Shown here: piece by piece, positions 1 through 12,601 of the stretch
Layout of the letters: every line of letters starts with the position of its first letter
Numbering within the stretch: the first letter of the stretch is position 1
Source: Polymyxa betae A26-41
Lineage: Eukaryota > Protista > Endomyxa: Phytomyxea
NCBI GenBank assembly: GCA_003693705.1
Contig: RBZT01000978.1
Span: 4,659-68,658, forward strand
Reading direction: 5' to 3'
DNA: 64,000 nt
Position numbers and translations under genes: made by a program
Notes under the pieces: model-generated
The model's database searches: none
What the model was told of the DNA's origin: nothing
What the model saw: only the letters and a program-made list of their open reading frames with translations

Positions 1-1143
1 TTGAGATCCAGAAGCATGCACCTAATGACAACCTTGTGGATCAGATAGATGAGATTGAGGAGCAGATCGAGACTGAATGTCAGCAGATCGAGGATGTCTA
101 TACCAATGATATAGGTAAAGCTCAGGAACAGCTCAATGAATATCAGCAAGATCTAGATCTCGTACAAGATCAATTATCTGATCAGAATACCAAGATTACA
201 TCTTTACATAATCAAATAACTGATCTGACACAACAAAATCAAGATCTTACATCTAAACAAGGACAAATTCAAACAGATCTGGATACATTACAATCTCAAT
301 TACAACATTCTATTGAACAATTAGAACAATTGAATAAGAAATTTACTGATCAGATTGCTGCAGATACCAAGGGTATCTCAATGGTTAACGATTTCATTAT
401 TCTGATCAAGACGCCAAATTCAAATCCAGATCTGGAATCGACATGGAATCAGATTCTAAAAGTATTGAGTTCTAATCCAGCTAATGATATTCAGGCTCGA
501 TTAGGCAAGATTCAAGCTGATATTGATAAATATCGTGTTCAAGGTGCCAAAGAACGTCAAGATACCAAGTCAAGATTATTGAATTCAGCTCGACAATTGA
601 CAAATGATTTACAGAAAGATGTTACTAATCAGCAGAACACACAAAAGAGTACAAATCAGAATCATGCACAGCAACAGACCAAATTGCAGAATGATATAGA
701 ATCACAATCGGATTTATTGGAAACTATTAGTGAACAATTAGAAGATCTCGGTGCACAGATTCAGGAATTGAATAGTGATTTAAAGGATGTACAAGACAAT
801 CTGAATGAAATTACTGGTGAAGGTCATGATCTAGAAGTAGATATATCTGAGATTAAGAATGGAATTACTGAACTTGAATTAAATCATAAATCTCATCAAG
901 ATACATGTTTTCAATATGAGAATCAACTTGATACCATACGTCATTATCTAAAGGTAAGATCTGTATCTATATAATCATTATAATATTGATATATTTCAGA
1001 CTCATCCACCTAATGCTCTACAGCAATCATGTAAACCAGGTGATCAAGATTGTCCACTATGTCTATATGATTATCATTGTCCTAATGGATTACAATGTTC
1101 CAAGTTTGCTATCTGCTATAATGCTACAATAAGCAAGACCTGA
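1..1143 (+). CDS. 5'-partial long coiled-coil protein with C-terminal Cys-rich module
   Basis: The frame is open from the window edge (nt 3) through ORF 36-974 and is Q/E/L/D heptad-rich. GT-AG intron 954-999 joins a last exon THPPNALQQSCKPGDQDCPLCLYDYHCPNGLQCSKFAICYNATISKT*, stop at 1141-1143. Confidence 0.75.
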
Positions 1144-1275
1144 AGTTTATTAACATCTCCATGATACTATTATCATGAATAAATGTAGTGATTGGTGTTG
1201 GTCTATTGAATTGCATGAATATAGTATATGTAGATATACATATCATGTTATATTATATCAGATAATATTCCCATC

Positions 1276-1775
1276 ATGTTCAACTATATAGTCCAATCTG
1301 GACGTCATTTTGTGTGTGCTCTAACATGTCTGAATTGGCGTCATCCTGTAGTATTAGGAGCTGTACTGATTCAGACGTTAACCTGTGCCTTAGCATATCG
1401 TACACGTCATCATTTAGATTCACAAGCTTGTATACTGGGTGCAATAGGTCTACATCTATCTACTCTATATATATCTCTATATAACATTATTATAGGAACT
1501 ATCGTCTTAACATCTCCTGTATTTGATCATATTCTCAACATGTTATCATTGAAGTTATGGCAAATTACTCCATCTACTAGTAATACTGGTAATATGTTTA
1601 TGAAGCTAAATCTGCAGATATTGGCTGCTATCAGTACATGGATTCTGGTAATATATTCCATCATATTGCATATATAACCCCTATATAACACTATGTACAG
1701 ATTAATACAGGATATCGTCTATATCTTACATATAGACCACATCAGTTATTATTACGTCGTAAGAAGATGCAATGA
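1276..1775 (+). CDS. TMEM18-like small membrane protein
   Basis: Introns at 1448-1495 and about 1648-1700. Three hydrophobic segments; LNWRHPVVLG resembles TMEM18 DWxEPWLxG; basic tail RRKKMQ*. Confidence 0.5.
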
Positions 1776-2022
1776 TCATCTACATACAATAATAATATCA
1801 TACATGCATATCATATCTCTGTGTGTCATTCAAGCTATTCCTCCTTAGAAATATTAAATAAATCAGTTGCCAACACAAGTACTACTGGTTGATCTGCTCC
1901 TGGATCTTCAACATCTCACTTCCACCTGATTCTATCCATTCGTTTAGCATTGTGAAAATGAGAAGTTCGACCCCCGGGGGTACTTGATTAAGTATCCATA
2001 GAACAGAGCGAACTCCAGAGGA

Positions 2023-4703
2023 ATGGCATGCTGGTCCCGGTCGTGCACGCCCTCGCCTAGTTGTTATACTGTCTATATACGTGATAGATTGAGTCGATAT
2101 TCAGAACATAGATGGTGGTTGATATCAATGACATTAATAACATTAATATCACTCTATATAGATGATATTCAACAATATTACTTTACTAAATCATCAGATA
2201 CAATATTCCAGGTAATATCAACATATATATTTATTATATATCTAGTCGAATTAATTCTATTATGTCTTGTACAAGCACATTATCCATTATCATTATTCTT
2301 CTTTCTAGATTTAATATCAACATTAGCTATATTTCCACATACTTCATTCATGCCACAAGCATTATTAGGTGATGCATTCCGTTCTAATAGTTCAACAACT
2401 ACAAATTTCAATCTAATGCGTGCTGCACGTGCAACTCGTGCTGGTACTCGTGCTTCACGTATATTACGTATTAGTCGTATTATTCGTATATTACGTTTAG
2501 CGAAATTATCCAAGATTGTTGTACAACGCTTACATAAGAAATCGTCACCTACATTTAATACGAAATCAAGATATCCTCATCATAATACTGATATTGTACA
2601 TTCTATCGCAACTCCATCACATACGTCGAGCAGTCATACTGGCCCGCCACTGCATCCTCAATATGGTGGAGATCAATCACGTGTTGGTGCCCGTTTAGCA
2701 GATCTAACAGCACAACGTTTAGCTGTAATGGTATTATCAATGTTATTTATAATTCCATTAATATCATATCATGATGATATACAAGCACCATTAGTTGCTT
2801 TAGATCAGATTATACAATTAAGTAGAAATCAATCAGTATCATTACAACATGCTGCACTTCAATTTACTGAATTTCAAGATCGACATGGAGTTCAATCGTG
2901 GACTGTATTAGCTTTAAGATTACAGAGTCCAGATGCACAACAATATTATTATGAATCTGAAGATCTTCAACTATACAGATCTAATGAGATATCTGTATAT
3001 CAATATGATGATCAGAATGAAGTAGTATTTTCTATACAAGCTTTCATGCAGAATCGATCTCTATATTCTATATATCAAACAACATTTATTATCATGTTAA
3101 TGGGTATTGCAGCATTGGTATTTCTTCATGATGCTGAGCATCTAATCATACGTCCTATTGAACGTATGACAAGGGTTATAGATCGATTACGTAGTAATCC
3201 ATTGGCTAAGAATCAACATAGATCTGGTACTGAATCAGAACCTGAGACATTAGAGACTGCTATGCTGTAAGAATATCTCTTTAAATCATATTCAGACATC
3301 TAATCATGATTATAGAGAACATACATTGGAGAAATTAACTGGATTATTACAGATTGGATTTGGAGAAGCTGGATCAGCGATGATACAGAAGAATATTAAT
3401 GCAAATGGCGAATTAAATGCATTAGTCAATGGTGAACGTGTTCTGGCTATATTCGGGTTCTGTCATATTCGTGGATTTCAAGATATGAATGGACAACTTC
3501 ATGAGAATATCATGCTGTTTGTTAATGAAATAGCCGAGATTGTACATCGACAGGTTCATGAATCTGGTGGTGCTGTTAATCGTAATCTTGGAGAGACTTT
3601 TGTCCTGGTCTGGAAGATCCCTCAGGTTCTCTTATATAATCAATATGATGCATGAATGTAATATTGATATAACAGATAGTACGAGCTGATAGAATGGAAT
3701 GGATATTAGAACATGATCCTCAAGGAATACATCCAGATACACAATTATCTTCAATTGAACATCAAGCATTACAAGATGCACAACAGACTGCTGCTCATGC
3801 ATTAGCTGCATTTATTCGTGTTATCTATCATTGCTCTAATCCATCTCCACAATTACAGCAATTACTTAATACTTCCAACAACGTAACCACCTCCTTTCTG
3901 TTCTCTCAATCAAATTCTGTTCAATGTATTACTTATGTTGGTTATTTCAATGTGATATTGAATATTAAGGTGGATTTATGTATTCAGCAATCAACAACAG
4001 AAGGTGTGTCGGTTGGTCTTGGATTACATGTTGGATGGGCTATTGAAGGTGCTATTGGATCTCGATTCAAGATAGATGCATCATATCTATCACCAAATGT
4101 GAATATGGCAGCCCGATTAATGGCTGCGACAAAGCAATATCGTGTACCATTACTATTTAGTAAGGAATTCTGGTATATAAACATGTCTCATATTTACATG
4201 TTCATATCTGACATTTATATAGGTCGATATTACCATTATCAGCTCGAAATCGATGTCGTCAATTAGATCGTGTAGCAGTGAAAGGCAGTAATAAACCAAT
4301 AGGTTTGTATACATTCGATTTGAATACGTCATTACCATCACGATCATCACGATCATCATCAAAATCATCAATGGCTCTCATCTCTATGACCAAATCTGCC
4401 ATTGAACGACGACGACGTGAACATCGTAATAAGGCCAAGACCAGGCCTGTAGACTTTGACAATGATAAATTGCTGAACTCGTTGCAGAATGGGGTCATTG
4501 TGAAAGCCTTCCGTGAGAATCATGAAGAAGGTCTAGCTGCATATCTGCAAGGTGATTGGGCTAAGGCTATCAAGCTATTCGAGATGGCGTTGCGATTTAA
4601 ACCATCAGATGGTCCAACTGATAATCTGATCAAGTATATTCGAGATTCGGGTGGTCATGCTCCTGAATATTGGTCAGGATATCGACCTCTATCTCAAAAA
4701 TAA
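2023..4703 (+). CDS. Ion-channel (voltage-sensor)/class III adenylyl cyclase fusion with C-terminal TPR-like helix pair; catalytic Asp residues degenerate
   Basis: S1-S3 helices, S4 RAARATRAGTRASRILRISRIIRILRLAK, linker LIIRPIERM...ETLET...GLLQIGFGEAG, cyclase motifs GLHVGWAIEGAIGSRFKIDASYLSPNVNMAARL and DRVAVKGSNKPIGLYTFD, C-terminal YLQGDW...DGP...WSGYR. This is the Paramecium/Plasmodium AC architecture. GT-AG introns near 3267, 3626 and 4172. Confidence 0.92.
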
Positions 4704-4718
4704 ATCTATTTCTACATA

Positions 4719-7700
4719 TTATTTATTTACTAGTGATGGGATATCTGTAGTAGGTGGTCGTGGAGATACTGATGAACTTCGAGAATGTACAAGTATAGGA
4801 GATCTCTTCCCAGAACTTGTACCAGATACAGAATCGTATTCTATGACATTCTTCTGAAACCCTAACAATGCTTTCGATAGGGCTAGTTCAGCTGACAGAT
4901 CATTATTCTCAGAGTTGAACATTTCGATCTCATTACGTAATTGTGCCAGCTGATCCAGATAACATTGATGAATGAGATCATCGTTTAACGTCATTGATAG
5001 CATAATTGTCTTACCTTGACACTATGCGCCGTATCAGATCGGATCTTATCACGTTTTAGTTCATTAGCAGCTCTTCTAGCAGATATCTTGGTATTCTGCA
5101 GATCAGTACGTAGATCTGACATCTAAACATGGGTCCAGCATGACCTGATCAGTTACCAGAATAGCACTAAAAGTTCATGTTTAAGCTGACCTGTTGCGAT
5201 GATCTCTCAATCTGTAACTCCATCTCAGATTGTCTCTTTTTTGAAGCAATGAGATCTTGCTCTTTACAGTCTAACAAGAGCTGCAGCTGATCACGCTTAC
5301 GTATTGCTTCCTAGAAATCATTATTGTTCATCAATAGGGTAAAGCAGCTCAGAAACTATGTCTGACATCAAGTTCCAATCTGATCCGATCCATGTCATTT
5401 GTTAATTGATCATGATCAAACTGAAGTTGAGTGAGGTTGTTATCTGATTGCTCATATCGATGTTTTAAATCTTGAAGTTGATCTTGCATCTGAATAATCT
5501 GATCCTGATCCAAGTTCTGTTTCTGTGCCAGCCGATGTTGCAATTCCTGAATTCGTGCATGACATAAATCCAATTCGCGACTTTTTTCAGTCATTCGACT
5601 GTCCACTGCCTCTTTATATTGTTGTAGCTCCTATAGCACGGATCATATTACACATCATGACGATTAGAATGCCGACCTTGACTTCATGACGTTTCTTATC
5701 AAGATCATGTTCATATTGATCAATACGTTTCTCATCGGTTGCTAACTGACTGCGAACCTGTTTTAATCGATCACGTAACTCTTGAAGATCTCGATCATGA
5801 TCTGCTGCTTGTGATGTCTTTTCATCTATCAGTAATTGAACACGTTGTTGTAATGTCATCTCCGATTTATTTAGCAACATCCTGTTATTGAAAGCCCCAT
5901 TATAAACCTGGAATCATGTATAATGTAGATATACCGATCTGTCTCCGATTGTTTCAATTGATTTTGAAGATCATCATAACGTTGTCTTTGTGTTTCATAT
6001 CGATCACGAATAGTGTCGTATGCGATCATAATCTCATCATTACGTAATTCCAATAGCCTGAGCACACAAATACACAGATCAATACGTGAACAGCCAGAGC
6101 AGCCAACATCAACGAACGTATATTTGGACTGAAGTTCAGTCAATCGACCACTCAGGGATTGCAGCTGACGACTAAGCTCATTACTGGTAGCTTCATGTTC
6201 TTTGCTAAGACCTATACAGGAATAAGACAGATGATACCTGGTTAGGGATCAGACCTAGATATTACATTGTACTACATTTTCATGGCTCTCCTTAATTTCA
6301 CTGAACCGCTGATCCGTATCAGACTTGATACGTTGAAGGTCAGAATGGCATGAATGATATTGATCTAGATAATCTTGTGATTGTTGACGTAACGTTCGTA
6401 CTTCAATCTGCAATTGATCACGTTCATGAACCAGATCTTGTTCATGAACATGAATAGATTGCAGTTGATCGCGCCATTCTTCATGTTTCTTACGTAGCGA
6501 TTTTATCTGATCAGATTGCTCATCATGTGTTTGTCGTAATTGATGTTCCAGTTCTCTGGAGCACTCTAACTGCTGCATTAAATCAGATTCACGTTGTCGT
6601 AATTGTTTCAGATCATCTTGTAATGCAAGTTGACATTCTTCACGAGCTTGTAGATCATGACGTAGATCCGCCTCCCGACTAGTTGATTCTCGTATCTGAC
6701 CTTCCAGATAACATTTACGTTCATCATAACTTTCCATCTCATTACGTAAATCAGATTCATGTTTAATCAGCGCCAGTATCTCAGCCTTCAGACCATGTTC
6801 ACGCTCTTCACGAACTTGTATATCTTGATATAGATCAGCCACACGATTTGATAATTGCATGACCTGATCTTTCAATTGATAATTCTGAGCTTCCATCTGA
6901 ATACGCAAATCTGATTCACGTTTAGTTAAGGATGAGATCTCCCCCTTCAGATCATGTTCACGTTGTTCGCGATTCTGAATGTCATGACGTAGATCAGCTT
7001 CGCGATTACATAACTGCATAATCTGATTCTCCAGATGACAATTCTGAGTTTCCATTTCATTACGTAGATTTGATTCACGTTTAGTCAGTGCTGATATCTC
7101 CTCCATTAGGTCATGTTCACGTTGTTCACGATCTTGTATGTCATGACGTAGACCAACCTCACGATCAGACAGCTGTTTGATCTGCTCTTCTAGATGCCGA
7201 TTTTGACCTTCCAGTTCATTTCGTAGGTTTGATTCACGTTTTGTCAGGGCTGATATCTCCTCCTTTAGGTCATGTTCACGTTGTTCACAAACTTGTATGT
7301 CATGACGCAGACCAACCTCACGATCAGACAGCTGTTTGATCTGCTCTTCTGAATGCCGATCCTGAGCTTCCAACTCACTTCGTAGAATTGATTCACGCTT
7401 AGTCAGGGCTGCTATCTTCTCGGTTAAATCATGTTCGCGCTCATCACGAATTTGTACATCATGACGTAGATCAGATTCAGTCTGACGTAATAATTGAACA
7501 ATTTCCTGATTATCTGAATGACATTGTTCGAGTTCCAGCTGACGGTCATGCAGCTGTTCGATCTCTGTATTCAACTTGATTTCAGCAGAACGTAATGTTC
7601 GTATCTGGATTTCTTGATGTTGCTGTTCCAGTAGAAGTCGCTGCTCACGATCGGACGCTAACTCTAATTGCTGTTCTAGACGTAATGTTGTCTCTTGTAG

Positions 7701-10648
7701 GTCAGCTACACGTTGCTGCTCAGTAGTAAGTTGATATCTAAGATCAGTAATCTGATCAGATAGCGTAGCTGATGTTGCTACTAACGATGTGTTCATAGAT
7801 GTAATTCTCTCTGCTTCATTCTTAAAATCACATATTTCTCTCTCTAATCTTGATTGATCTCGTAGTAGTATTTCACATTGACATTGATAACGATCACATT
7901 GTTCCTTAACCGTATAGTGTTTCTCTCTAGATACCCGCTTAAAATCACAAATGCGATTTCTTAGCTCCTGAATATCATTGACAAGTTTGTTAATAAACTG
8001 ATCTGTGAATTATGGGTATCAGTACTGCTTATAAAGCATTTAAGCACTGAAGTAGACCTCTGCATAGTATAGCTGAATCATAATGCCCCATCTGTTCCTG
8101 ATAATGTCTATGTATATCAAGTAGGATGCACATATGATTATCAGAAGGCGCAGCTAGCCTTTGAGCAGAAAGCAGATCTCGCACCAGTCCATGATCATAG
8201 AGTAATAGGTGGTTATGACGTTGTATTGGATCTAGATCGAGAGCAGTTATTGTATGATGTATACGTCGCAATAGAGATTGTCGTCTATTGGTATATTTGA
8301 CCTATAGATGATAGAGAAGTGAGTAACACAACCATATGTTACATATCTCATTACTAACATGTAATGAATTAATGATACAGTTCATAGCATATACTAGATC
8401 ATCATACTGTTCTATAACATTATCGCATTCATTATCACCACCAACTAATTCATACTCCTCCATTATCATCCTTCTGTCATTCATCTCATCTTTCATCTGA
8501 TCCAAGATCTTTTCACGACTTTCTAGCCTGTATCACGTGCTTAAAATCGACATAACAAACGACCTCGAGCTCCCGCACCGTCTTTGCAGCATGGTCGAGT
8601 ACTGCAATAAAGTCGTACAGGCCCGCTGCAGTTCATCATTGAGCTGTTTACATCTGTAATTGATACATTTGGTTAGATGTGGATCTTAACAAATGAATGC
8701 CCAATTACTGTTGCTGATTATGTAGATACTGATTATATTGTTTGATCAATACATTAATAATAGGAAGTGCATGATCTGGTATATGATCATGTTCTAAATC
8801 ACTAGAAATCTGCAATCCAGAACTGAATGATTTCGTTATTGCATTCAATACATCGATTGTATCATGCAGAGAAGTTTTTAACAGATCATGTTGATGTTGA
8901 ATATGTTCTTGATCTATATACAGGCCCAGTGTTAATCCACATTGCATGAAATGCAAGAAACACATAAATACGAGACCTTGGCGTAATAGATCTAATTGAG
9001 CAAAGTTGTCATCTTGACCTATACGATATTAGTTAACGATTTGCCATTGTTGATGAGTTTTTATAAACCTGATTTCTGATCCATTGAAACTGATATCGAT
9101 GAGGAATTGCTCTCTGATAGATGCTCCTTGATACGAGGACTTCCGATTTTTGTGCTAGATATATTGACAGAATATTGATTATGAATGGTCTTGGCTAATG
9201 CAGCGAATTTCAACGAACTAATAGTCCTGAAATCAATGATGTCATATTGTTGAGAATTGGGATTGATATAATATAATACTGACTAACTCATGAATATTAT
9301 GTTTAGCAGCAGATGCACATACACAAATTAATGTTCGAGAATTCCCTCCTAATGATGGCTGTAATATTCGTGTTAACCGTGAATTTCGATATGGTATATG
9401 GCTAGACCCTAAGCAGACATCAACATATGATTGTGTTGCATCAGATATAAAATGGATTAAGACCTTGGGCTAAATGTGATACAACTGAAGTCAACGAATA
9501 GAGGGACTTATTGATATTTCCACCTTCCTTCTGTCTTACTAATGCATCAACTGATTTATCAGTCGAATATTTCGCTATTCGTTCTGATCTGAATAAGAAT
9601 ATCAACCTAGACAGTATATGATCTAAATAGTCATGTCATTTACCCAGCAAGATCGACGACATTAAGAACAGATCTCCGCCTGATTTCTGTATCATCGTGT
9701 TGACGTCTATGGCATACTTCTAACTCAATACTCATGATTGAATGACTTCGGCTGCTTTCATGATTCCAAACAGTCGCTGCTACACTACGGTTTTGAGCAC
9801 CACGTTTAAGTAAGTTATGAATCTGATTATGCAGGCCGTTAAATATCGATATTAAACATAGACCTGTCACCTAATTACTTCTTCAATGTTCGTCACGTTC
9901 TTCTTTTCCAATCTTTCAATATACACTCCATCGCTGTTTTCTCTGATTCGCAACGATTCACCTTTCCGTGTTTTTGAGGCTAAAAGATCATAGACCTCCC
10001 TGTGCACATTCAGTGAAATAAACATATGGGTCACATACTGAGTACAAACTCGTTATAAATCTCAAAATATGAGACCAGAAGCTGATATGTGCGATTGGAT
10101 AAATCTGGTTGGTTAATTTTTTGTAATATATCTTGAACTAACATTGTAGATACACCAGGACATGTAGATGTGCCTGTTAATGTAAATGTCTTTCCACTAC
10201 CTGTAATCCTGAATGTAAACTTTAAGATAACAGAGCAGAACATTGATTACCGGTCTGTCCATATGTCATAATGGTCCCTTAATAACATTAGTATTCTGCA
10301 TCTATTAAATGTATACAGTATATGATTACCATTAACTCCAGATAGAAATGAATCTAATAATGGTGTGACATTACATTTATATAACTCACTTGTACTAGTT
10401 CCTGCATCAAATACATGATCGAAATTATACCTCAGACCGGCTTCAGACTGTTCAAGATCGTCCCCGATTTCATCGGAATCAATGCAGATTATAGATGTAG
10501 CATCATGTGGAACTTGCCATGATGGTTGTGATTGTGGTGAATCCAGAGGACGTACACGAACTACAACCTGAATATTCTCTGATGTACTATTCAGACTTGA
10601 TAATGATGTCTGACGACGAATATGGGCTGGTTTTGGTGTTTGGCTCAT
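4719..10648 (-). CDS. N-terminal-motor kinesin (kinesin-7/CENP-E-like) with very long coiled-coil stalk, multi-exon
   Basis: [16 protein letters not shown], spliced P-loop [56 protein letters not shown]; downstream exons are coiled coil. The subfamily call is tentative. Confidence 0.9.
6580..7482 (-). repeat. Coding tandem repeat, 159 bp (53 aa) period, about 5.5 copies, in the kinesin stalk
   Basis: tcatgacg...gaccaacctcacgatcagacagctgtttgatctgctcttc recurs at 7141 and 7300. Unit: RE(V/A)(G/D)[49 protein letters not shown]. Confidence 0.9.
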
Positions 10649-11543
10649 ATTAGATTGATAAGAATTGTGTGATCATATTCTCATTAATACATATCAATAT
10701 ATAAATGATGTATACAGATCAACTATAAACAGTCTTGGTCAAAAGTACTTGGAAATATCTCTCTATATGTAATATATGTCATATGAGGCCATTTACTCTA
10801 TAATCGTAATAGATTATGAACTGTGAATCTCAACAATAGATTCGGATTTCTAAAGCGATAGTATTGTCTAGCCGCTTGAAGAAAATCGTCAACCATTGCT
10901 GTCTCCTTCAGCAGAAGCCTATTGCTAACATTATGACAATCGAGATGATACCTTTGCTGATAGAATATGAGAGTATAAGTACATGTATTTGAGTATAGTA
11001 TGAGACATATGTAGGAGGTGAGCGGATCTCACCACTTCTATATCACATTTATTTGTATTATTCATATTTGAACAATACTCTCGATCATATCTAATAGTTC
11101 ATATTTATAATGTTATATCCTCATGATTCTCCATCCAATAGCATGTCACAGCAGACAAACATATTCCACATCTTTGTATCGAATGGAGATAACCATTCTA
11201 GCCTTCTAATTTGTATCTTTGGACTCGTATTTTCAGATTCTGCTTGATATCTTCTATTCAGTATGGATGATATATTAGATGATGATCTGCTACTGGGGTT
11301 GTATTGGTAGTTATCATGAAACCATATCCGAGTTTCTGTGTATTTATATGTACTTAAACTGAGACTATTGCTATGTCCTTCATGATAATTAGATGATGAC
11401 GAGCAGCATATGCAGTAGTTATATGACAGATCATGAACCATGTGACGTTCATTAACTGATTGCCATGCAGCAAGTCATGTCGTTATGGGCCAACACAGAC
11501 AAGCAGGATCTTGCTGCTTTAATCCATTCTGATAAAGTTCCTG

Positions 11544-11933
11544 ATGAAGATGTTCAAGATTACCATCATGATACTGGTCTTGAGTCTGATACTGATGTTT
11601 AGTCCATCTAAATGTTATGCTGCTTCTAGTAATATAACAACCATGATGAGATCTACAACAAGCAGAATGTCAATAATGTCATCTAACAGAACATCATCAG
11701 CATCTAATCAATCTGCAAGTTCATCTCCTACACCAACATCTTCTAATACAACCAATCATATCCATGCACTGGATATTACAGTAACTCCATCATCATCATC
11801 GTCACCATCATCATCATCATCATCTGGATCTTCTGCAATATCAACACCACCACCAACTTCATCTTCTAACAAGCTCACCATCCTTCCATTAGTTCCACCA
11901 ATCCTCTGTTCAATTATTGCTCTAGCAATCTAA
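11544..11933 (+). CDS. Small secreted Ser/Thr-rich (mucin-like) protein with GPI-anchor-like C-terminus
   Basis: Hydrophobic N-terminal signal (MKMFKITIMILVLSLILMFSPSKCYA), S/T/P-rich body, terminal hydrophobic tail SSSNKLTILPLVPPILCSIIALAI*. Confidence 0.75.
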   Translation: MKMFKITIMILVLSLILMFSPSKCYAASSNITTMMRSTTSRMSIMSSNRTSSASNQSASSSPTPTSSNTTNHIHALDITVTPSSSSSPSSSSSSGSSAISTPPPTSSSNKLTILPLVPPILCSIIALAI

Positions 11934-12601
11934 TTAATCATGTTTGATGAAATAATACAATCATCATACATTTGCTATCATAAATTGATGTACAGTAGTT
12001 AATGCAACAGTTGATATAATTATGTAAACCTGTATGCATAGCTTGTCATTTGAATATTATCATTATCAACATGGTTTGCTATTACTCCCAATATAAATAT
12101 TCACTTTCCTGCTTGACAACTCTATGCTATTACTACAATATTTTCATAAGTAGTGATAGATGTTCACTCTCATATGTTTATAAACGATTCCAAATCTTTT
12201 TTACAGGTACTGGATTTTGCAAAATTCAGATTGGTAGTTCTAACTGACTGCTGAATATATTGCGAATTATAGAGTATTAATGGATGAGATAATCGGGGAA
12301 TGTTAATGTCGATATTGAATGTGACAATTATTACTGATTATTACACAGTTCATTCTGTACAAAACAGATAAACGAGATTTGGCTAAAGCACGATCGTCTG
12401 TTTCAATGAAAATCTTGTAGCCATGGGACCTATGACGTACATCCTGTAATGAGCTGCATCATGATGTCATGATTAATGGTCATGATGAATTTGCTGCATG
12501 CATGACGTGCAGCCATATTAATGAAAGAAATGATTCAGATCTAGATGTACCGGTATAACATCTTCATTATATCTGCACATACTCGAAATTAACCAATAAT
12601 A

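Noticed and set aside
1966-1980. GTTCGA followed by the palindrome CCCCCGGGGG (tRNA B-box-like)
   Set aside because: No cloverleaf or A-box can be built around it.
6580-7482. CRISPR-like or satellite interpretation of the periodic DNA
   Set aside because: It is an in-frame coding repeat with no unique spacers, in a eukaryotic gene.
11121-11441. 106-aa minus-strand ORF
   Set aside because: Low-complexity intergenic composition, no motif or splice support.
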